From an uncultured Anaerolineales bacterium (GTDB taxonomy: Bacteria > Planctomycetota > Phycisphaerae > FEN-1346): a stretch of DNA of 30,785 nucleotides. The position numbers were made by a program, and so were the translations under genes. This document shows, one piece after another, positions 25,285 to 30,785 of this stretch (positions are counted from its first letter, which is position 1; every line of letters starts with the position of its first letter). The notes under the pieces are model-generated. The model worked only from the letters and a program-made list of their open reading frames with translations, ran no database searches and was not told the DNA's origin. The stretch spans positions 1-30,785 of the forward strand of contig CAYNLG010000042.1 in the NCBI GenBank assembly GCA_964397995.1. Direction: 5' to 3'.

Positions 25285-25935
25285 CTAGAACCCCACCCCG
25301 TAGCTCATGCCGAAGTTCCAGCGGCTGTGCGGTCCGTAGTAGCGCGGCCCGTACCAGGGATGGTACCAGGGGTCGTACCACGGGTCGGGCCGGTAGATGT
25401 CCACGCTTTCGATCTTGATGAACTTCGTGGTCGCCTCGCCCGCCGCCTCGCCATAGGTCCACGGCCAGCGGAGCCGCAGCGACCCGAGGCTGCTGAACCG
25501 CATGTCGGGCGGCAGGTCGAAGACGAAGGTGAACCGGCTCTCGGCCCCCGCCGCCACGTTCAGCCGGTCCCTCGGCCGGTTGCCGGCGAGGACGTCAAGG
25601 CCGGTGTGGGTGCGGCCCTCGTCGTCGATCAGGCGGGCGGCGTCCGGGTCGATGCCGAAGGCCGCGTCGCCGCGGTTCTGGACGTCGAAGCGGATGTGCA
25701 GCACCTGGTACGCCACGCCGCGCTCGCCCTCCTTCTGCTGGCCGCGCGCCGCCACCGCCACCGTGACGGGTTCCTCGCCCGGGGGGAGGCCGTAGACGCC
25801 CTCGGCCACCCAGCCGGTGTCGGCGGCCTCGGGCGAGTGGGCCGGGCGGAAGTGGACGTACGCCGGCCCGCCGCACCCGGCACTCAGGGCGGCCAGGACG
25901 ACGAGGCAGGCGGCAAGGCGGGGACGGGTTCGCAT
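25285..25935 (-). CDS. Lipoprotein, hypothetical, with aromatic PWY-rich C-terminus
   Basis: Signal peptide with lipobox (LAALSAGC). Soluble domain with no recognised family. C-terminus is PDPWYDPWYHPWYGPRYYGP. Confidence 0.55.
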   Translation of the reverse strand: MRTRPRLAACLVVLAALSAGCGGPAYVHFRPAHSPEAADTGWVAEGVYGLPPGEEPVTVAVAARGQQKEGERGVAYQVLHIRFDVQNRGDAAFGIDPDAARLIDDEGRTHTGLDVLAGNRPRDRLNVAAGAESRFTFVFDLPPDMRFSSLGSLRLRWPWTYGEAAGEATTKFIKIESVDIYRPDPWYDPWYHPWYGPRYYGPHSRWNFGMSYGVGF

Positions 25936-26081
25936 GGGGGGCTCCTCCTGCCCCTATTCTAAGCCCCGGCCGCCCCGCCGCAAAGGGCCCGGGCAGGCCA
26001 AACGCCGTGCCTCGGCGGTTGCAAACGGCCCGGCCGGGCCGTACACTCCCCGTGCTGACCCCCTGCCGCACGGAGGACCTT

Positions 26082-27245
26082 GTGCCGAACGTTGCGATCC
26101 TCGGCTCGACCGGCTCGATCGGGCGGATGACCCTGGAGGTGCTGGAGACCCTGGGGGACGCCTGGCGGGTGGTCTCCCTGGCCGCGGGCACGCGGGCGGG
26201 GCCGCTGGCCGCCCAGGCCGTCGCCCTGCGCCCGCCGCGCCTCGGCGTCGCCACCGACGAGGCCGCGCGCGACCTGCGCGACCGCCTGCCGGCGGGGTAC
26301 GCGCCGGAGATCGTCGTCGGGCCGGAAGGGCTGGCGGCCCTGGCCGGTGACGACGCGGCCGACGTGGTCGTCCTGGCGGTCGTCGGGGCGGCGGGGCTCC
26401 CGGCCACTCTGGCGGCCGCGCGGGCTGGCAAACGCCTGGCCCTGGCGAATAAGGAAAGCCTCGTCATGGCCGGCCAGCTGGTCATGGCGGCCGCGCGCGA
26501 CGCCGGGGCCGAGGTCCTGCCGGTCGACAGCGAGCACTCGGCGATCTTCCAGGCGATGGCGTGCGGGCGTCGGGAGGAGGTGGCCCACGTGGTGCTGACG
26601 GCGAGCGGGGGGCCGTTCTACCGCCGCCCGGCCGCCGCCCTGGCCGACGTGACGGCCGCCGACGCCCTGGACCATCCGACCTGGTCGATGGGCCCGAAGA
26701 TCACGATCGACTCGGCCACCCTGATGAACAAGGCCCTGGAGGTGATCGAGGCGCACCACCTCTTCGGCCTGCCGGCGGAGCGGATCCGGGTGCTGATCCA
26801 CCCGCAATCGACGGTCCACTCGCTGGTGGAGTTTGACGACGGGTCGGTGCTGGCCCAGCTCGGGCCGCCCGACATGCGGACGCCGATCCAGTACGCGCTG
26901 ACGTACCCCGCGCGGCAGGCGGCGCCGTGGCCGAAGCTGGACCTCGCGGCGCTGGGGCACCTGGCGTTCGAGGCGCCGGACCCCGCGCGGTTCCCGGCGC
27001 TGGACGTCGGGTTCGAGGTGATCCGTCGCGGCGGGACGCTGGGGGCGGCCCTGTGCGGGGCCGACGAGACGGCCGTCGAGGCGTTCCTGGCGGGGCGGCT
27101 CCGGTTCACGGAGATCGTGCCGGTGGTGCGCCGCGTGCTCGAAGCCCACGACGTCGTGGCCGAGCCTGACCTGGAGACCCTGCGGGCCGCCGATGCGTGG
27201 GCCCGGGAGGAAGCGAACCGGTGTCTGGCCTCCTGTATGCGGTAG
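26082..27245 (+). CDS. dxr: 1-deoxy-D-xylulose 5-phosphate reductoisomerase
   Basis: GTG start with GGAGGA RBS, giving N-terminus (M)PNVAILGSTGSIG (NADPH-binding). LANKESLV and DSEHSAIFQ motifs. C-terminal domain. The upstream ATG at 26007 would add an implausible Arg-rich leader. Confidence 0.9.
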   Translation: MPNVAILGSTGSIGRMTLEVLETLGDAWRVVSLAAGTRAGPLAAQAVALRPPRLGVATDEAARDLRDRLPAGYAPEIVVGPEGLAALAGDDAADVVVLAVVGAAGLPATLAAARAGKRLALANKESLVMAGQLVMAAARDAGAEVLPVDSEHSAIFQAMACGRREEVAHVVLTASGGPFYRRPAAALADVTAADALDHPTWSMGPKITIDSATLMNKALEVIEAHHLFGLPAERIRVLIHPQSTVHSLVEFDDGSVLAQLGPPDMRTPIQYALTYPARQAAPWPKLDLAALGHLAFEAPDPARFPALDVGFEVIRRGGTLGAALCGADETAVEAFLAGRLRFTEIVPVVRRVLEAHDVVAEPDLETLRAADAWAREEANRCLASCMR

Positions 27246-29101
27246 AGATCGCGCTGGCCTTCGGGCTGGTGATCTTCATCCACGAGCTGGGCCACTTTCT
27301 GGCGGCCCGGCGGTTCGGCGTCCGTGTCCGCAAGTTCGCCATCGGCATGGGCCCGCCCATCGTCACCTGGGGCCGGGGCGACACCGAGTTCTCCTTCCGC
27401 TGGGTCCCGCTGGGCGGCTTTGTCGATGTCGTCGGCGAGCACCCCGACGCCGAGGACGCCGACGACCCGAAGGCCCTCTGGCGGCGCCCGCCGTGGCAGC
27501 GGGCGATCGTCTTCGCGGGCGGCGTCTTCATGAATGGCGTCCTGGCCGTGGTCCTCTTTACGGTGGCCTCGCTGATCGGCGTCCGCGCCCCGTCGCCCGT
27601 CCTGGGCGAGGTGGTCGCCGGCTCCCCGGCCTCCGAGGCCCGCACCACCCTCGGCGACACCGAGTACCGCCTCGAGCCCGGCGACTGCGTCGTCGCCGTG
27701 GATGACACCCCGGTCGACTCGTTCACGGACGTGATGACCGCCGTCGTCATGGAGGACGCCGGGACGCGCTTCGACGTGACGGTGCGGCGGGGCGTCGAGG
27801 GAATGGACGAGCCGCTCACCCTGACCTTCCGCGGCATCACCAGCCGCCGCGCCCCCGGCAGCGCCGCCCCCACCATCGGCGTGGCCCCGGCGTACGAGCC
27901 GGTGGTCGGCCAGCTGCTGCCCGGCAGCCTCGTCCACCAGGCGGGCCTGAAGCCCGGGGACCGGTTTGTCCTGGTGGATGGCCGGGCGGTGCGGCGGTGG
28001 GGCGAGGTCCAGGCGGCCCTTGCCGACGCCGCCCCGGGGCCCGTCGCCGTCCAGATCGAACGCGACCAGGGCACGGTCACGCTGACGATCGACCCGGCGG
28101 CGCTCAATCAGATCGACCTCGGGTTGGAGCCCGCCGTCGCCATCCGCTCCGTCGATCCCGGCGGCCCGGCGGACGAGGCGGGCGTCCGCGAGGGCGATGT
28201 CGTGACCGGCGCGGCCGACGTCGCCTGGCCCGACGCCGAACAGCTCCAGGAGGTGATCCGCGCCCGCGACGGCGGCACGGTGAACCTGCGGCTGCTGCGC
28301 GCCGGCGAGACCGTCGAGGTGACCAGCCAGGTCCGCGTCTACGGCGGGCCGGACTTTCCGCGGATCGGCGTCGCCCTCGGGCCGGAGGCGACGGCGCCCT
28401 TCCACGTGGCCTCCGTCGAGCCCGGCGGCCCGGCCGCCGAGGCCGGCATCCAGTCCGGCGACGCCGTCGTCCGCCTGGCCGACGGCGACCGCACCATCAC
28501 GCCGGGCGACTGGGGCGACCTGGCCGCCTTCTTCGGCGACGGCGACGACCTCGGCGCCCCGCGGACGCTCGTCCTCAGGCGCGGGCAGCAGGAGGTGACC
28601 GTCACCCTGACGCCGGACCTGACGGCGCCGGAGCGGTTCGTGCTGGCCGGCAGCCTGCCCGCCGGCCAGCTCTACGAACCCTTGCCGCGCGTCTACAACC
28701 CCGCCAAGGCGGTGGTGCGCGGCCTGAAGCGGACGTGGCTCTGGCTGGGCCGCGGGTACCAGACGCTGAGCCAGCTCTTGCGCGGCCAGCTCGGGCGCCA
28801 GGCCGTCAGCGGGCCCGTCATGATCATCGGCTACAGCTACAAGATCGCCGGCTACGGCCTCGGGACGTTCCTCGACTTCTGGGGCACGCTCTCGGTCTTC
28901 GTCGCCATCTTCAACTTCCTGCCTATGCCGCCCTTCGACGGCGGGCACGTCCTGTTCATCCTGATTGAGAAGCTCAAGGGCGGCCGCGTCAACATCAAGG
29001 TCCGCAACGCCATCTGGATCGGCGGCTGGGTCCTCGTGGGCGGGTTCTTCCTGTTCGTCCTGGTCCAGGACATCTCGTCCTGGAGCGTCCTGTTTCCGTA
29101 G
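27221..29101 (+). CDS. rseP: RIP zinc metalloprotease RseP (site-2 protease) with multiple PDZ domains
   Basis: HELGH zinc motif in the first TM. Several PDZ-like segments. C-terminal LDG motif region (FNFLPMPPFDGGHV). GTG 27221 with GGGAGGAAG RBS. Overlaps the dxr 3' end by 25 nt. dxr-rseP adjacency is a widely conserved neighbourhood. Confidence 0.85.
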   Translation: MSGLLYAVEIALAFGLVIFIHELGHFLAARRFGVRVRKFAIGMGPPIVTWGRGDTEFSFRWVPLGGFVDVVGEHPDAEDADDPKALWRRPPWQRAIVFAGGVFMNGVLAVVLFTVASLIGVRAPSPVLGEVVAGSPASEARTTLGDTEYRLEPGDCVVAVDDTPVDSFTDVMTAVVMEDAGTRFDVTVRRGVEGMDEPLTLTFRGITSRRAPGSAAPTIGVAPAYEPVVGQLLPGSLVHQAGLKPGDRFVLVDGRAVRRWGEVQAALADAAPGPVAVQIERDQGTVTLTIDPAALNQIDLGLEPAVAIRSVDPGGPADEAGVREGDVVTGAADVAWPDAEQLQEVIRARDGGTVNLRLLRAGETVEVTSQVRVYGGPDFPRIGVALGPEATAPFHVASVEPGGPAAEAGIQSGDAVVRLADGDRTITPGDWGDLAAFFGDGDDLGAPRTLVLRRGQQEVTVTLTPDLTAPERFVLAGSLPAGQLYEPLPRVYNPAKAVVRGLKRTWLWLGRGYQTLSQLLRGQLGRQAVSGPVMIIGYSYKIAGYGLGTFLDFWGTLSVFVAIFNFLPMPPFDGGHVLFILIEKLKGGRVNIKVRNAIWIGGWVLVGGFFLFVLVQDISSWSVLFP

Positions 29102-29118
29102 GCGCCCCGCGACGCACC

Positions 29119-30276
29119 TCAGGCCCCCAGGGCATCGAGGGCCGCGCGGGCGGCGTCCGCGTCGCCTGACGCGTGGGCCCCTCGCGCCGCCGCGAGCGCC
29201 GCGGCCTGCGCTTCCGTGAACGGCACGGCCGCGCCGGGCGCCGGCACGTGTACGCCCAGCCGCTCCAGCACGGCCGCGACGACGGCCTCGACGCCCGCCC
29301 CCGTAAGCGCGCTGGCCGAAAGGCCCGCTGGCGCGTCCGGCACCGCGCGGGCGGCGTCGGCCTTGTTCCAGACCGCGATCGCCCGGGCGCCCAGCGCCGC
29401 AAGGGCCTCGCGGTCCGCGTCCGTCGCGCCGGCCGCCGCGTCGAGCAGGTAGAGGACGGCGTCGGCCCCGGCCGCCTGGGCCTCGGCCCGGCGCGTGCCC
29501 TCGCGCTCGACCGGGTCGAGAGCCTCTCGCAGCCCCGCGGTGTCGATGAGGACGACCGGCAGGCCACCCAGCGACGCCTCGACCTCGACGGCGTCGCGCG
29601 TCGTGCCCGGCGCCGAGTCCGTGAGGACGCGGTCCGCCCCCGCGAGGCGGTTGACGAGCGTGCTCTTGCCGGCGTTGGGGCGGCCGGCGACGGCAACGCG
29701 CGGCGGCCGGGCGAGGAACCGGCCGAAGCGTTCGTAGCGGGCAACGAGCGTGCCGAGGCGGGCGTCTGCCTGCGCCGAGCGCCCCGCGGCCAGCGCCGCC
29801 CGGACCTCGGCAACCGCGCGGCCCAGGGCGCCGTCGAGCTGGTCCAGCAGGACGCGCGTCGCGGGCGGCATCGTGGCATCCTGGAGCGCCCGGCGGGCCG
29901 CCCGGGCGACCGGGCCCGCGCCCTCGTACGCCCTCAACGCGTCCGGGCTTACGCGCCTGAGTCCGCCGCCGGCCAGGCGCCCGGCCACGGCCTCGACGGC
30001 CGCCGGGCCCCCGTGGCAGTTGACCTCGAAGGCCGCCCCGCCCGCCCGGTAGAGGATGACCTCGTCCAGCGGGTCGCCGCCCGGATCGACGACGTGGCCG
30101 TAGGCGAGCCGCCCGGTCTCGGGCAGGGACGCGGGGCGCTGGCCCGCGCGGCGGAAGCACGCCGCCACGGCCGCCGCGGCGCCCGGTCCGGCCGCGCGCA
30201 GGACCGCGATGCCGCCCCGCCCGGGGGCCGTGAGGACCGCGACGACCCCGGCCTCGCCCGCGGCGGCGCGGCTCAT
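29119..30276 (-). CDS. mnmE: tRNA modification GTPase MnmE-like (short form lacking the C-terminal C-x-G-K tail)
   Basis: ATG at 30276 on the minus strand. N-domain [18 protein letters not shown] domain [28 protein letters not shown]. Protein ends ...ALDALGA, about 50 aa after G5. Confidence 0.65.
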   Translation of the reverse strand: MSRAAAGEAGVVAVLTAPGRGGIAVLRAAGPGAAAAVAACFRRAGQRPASLPETGRLAYGHVVDPGGDPLDEVILYRAGGAAFEVNCHGGPAAVEAVAGRLAGGGLRRVSPDALRAYEGAGPVARAARRALQDATMPPATRVLLDQLDGALGRAVAEVRAALAAGRSAQADARLGTLVARYERFGRFLARPPRVAVAGRPNAGKSTLVNRLAGADRVLTDSAPGTTRDAVEVEASLGGLPVVLIDTAGLREALDPVEREGTRRAEAQAAGADAVLYLLDAAAGATDADREALAALGARAIAVWNKADAARAVPDAPAGLSASALTGAGVEAVVAAVLERLGVHVPAPGAAVPFTEAQAAALAAARGAHASGDADAARAALDALGA

Positions 30277-30785
30277 CGGTCGAGCCACGCTCGGTAGGCG
30301 AGGACGAGCCCTTCGAGCACCAGTTCGGGCACGTGGTGGGGGTTGCTCGAGAGGAGCGGCATGAGCCGTGCCGCGTGCCCGCCCGTGAGGACGAGGGGCG
30401 CCCCCGCACCGAGCCGCTCGCGCACCGCCGCGGCGAGGGCCTCGATCGCACCGGCCGTCCCGCGCACGCACCCCGCCGCGATGGCCGCCTCCGTCGACCG
30501 GCCGATGGCCTGCGGCGCGGCTTCGGGCAGGGCGACGTGCGGGAGCTGGGCCGTCCCGTCGGCCAGGGCTTGGGCCGCGATCGCCGGCCCGGGCAGGATG
30601 GCCCCGCCGAGAAAGGCCCCGTCCGGGCCGACCGCGTCCACCGTAATGGCCGTCCCCGCGTCGACGACGACGCACGGCGCGCCGGCCGTCTCGCGGGCCG
30701 CCAAGGCCGCCAGCAGCCGGTCCACGCCGACGCGTTTCGGCTCGTCCACGTCGACGGCCCGGGCGACACGCCGGCCTTGCACCAT
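30273..30785 (-). CDS. coaX: Type III pantothenate kinase, C-terminal part (5' end beyond window)
   Basis: [24 protein letters not shown] and LTGG motifs of CoaX / ASKHA fold. Its TGA stop overlaps the mnmE ATG (ATGA). Confidence 0.8.
   Translation of the reverse strand: MVQGRRVARAVDVDEPKRVGVDRLLAALAARETAGAPCVVVDAGTAITVDAVGPDGAFLGGAILPGPAIAAQALADGTAQLPHVALPEAAPQAIGRSTEAAIAAGCVRGTAGAIEALAAAVRERLGAGAPLVLTGGHAARLMPLLSSNPHHVPELVLEGLVLAYRAWLDR

Noticed and set aside
26618-30769. 1383-aa minus-strand ORF spanning dxr/rseP/mnmE
   Set aside because: Arg/Pro/Gly-rich low-complexity translation typical of off-frame reading of ~70% GC DNA. It overlaps three well-supported genes (dxr, rseP, mnmE) on the other strand or frame.
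1-30785. Search for tRNA/rRNA genes, CRISPR arrays, IS elements or integrases
   Set aside because: No T-loop GTTCGAATC-type signatures with matching acceptor stems. No regularly spaced direct repeats with unique spacers. No transposase, integrase or inverted terminal repeat pairs were seen.

Overview
This is a high-GC, gene-dense bacterial chromosomal window. Tat-signal sulfatase, ribosomal protein with low-complexity extension, long basic RNase R tail and many Arg/Pro/Gly-rich spurious ORFs suggest a Planctomycetota-like genome, but this is a guess. I support about 30 protein-coding genes on both strands, mostly housekeeping: flavodoxin-like, SPL-family radical SAM, Nif3-like, MBL hydrolase, hisF, pilT, xseA/xseB, rnr, rpmE, dxr, rseP, mnmE and a partial coaX. 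I found no rRNA, tRNA, CRISPR array or IS element. Most of the long ORFs in the six-frame track are antisense or off-frame artefacts of GC-rich DNA. Main points of interest: (1) a tightly packed apparent operon at 8342-15621: hisF, then pilT, then a membrane-anchored GspE/PilB-like ATPase with degenerate motifs, then a CvpA-domain fusion protein, then NfeD, then flotillin; (2) a decayed HepT (DUF86) toxin remnant; (3) an orphan RelE/ParE-like ORF with an N-terminal zinc ribbon; (4) a flavodoxin / SPL-like radical SAM / 40-aa TM peptide cluster behind an ~860-bp repeat-rich non-coding leader; (5) a recurring promoter architecture, TTGACG or TTGCAY, 16-19 nt spacer, then TAGAAT or TATAAT, upstream of several genes; (6) ribosomal protein L31 carrying a K/A-rich tail encoded by a 27-bp triplicated DNA repeat.
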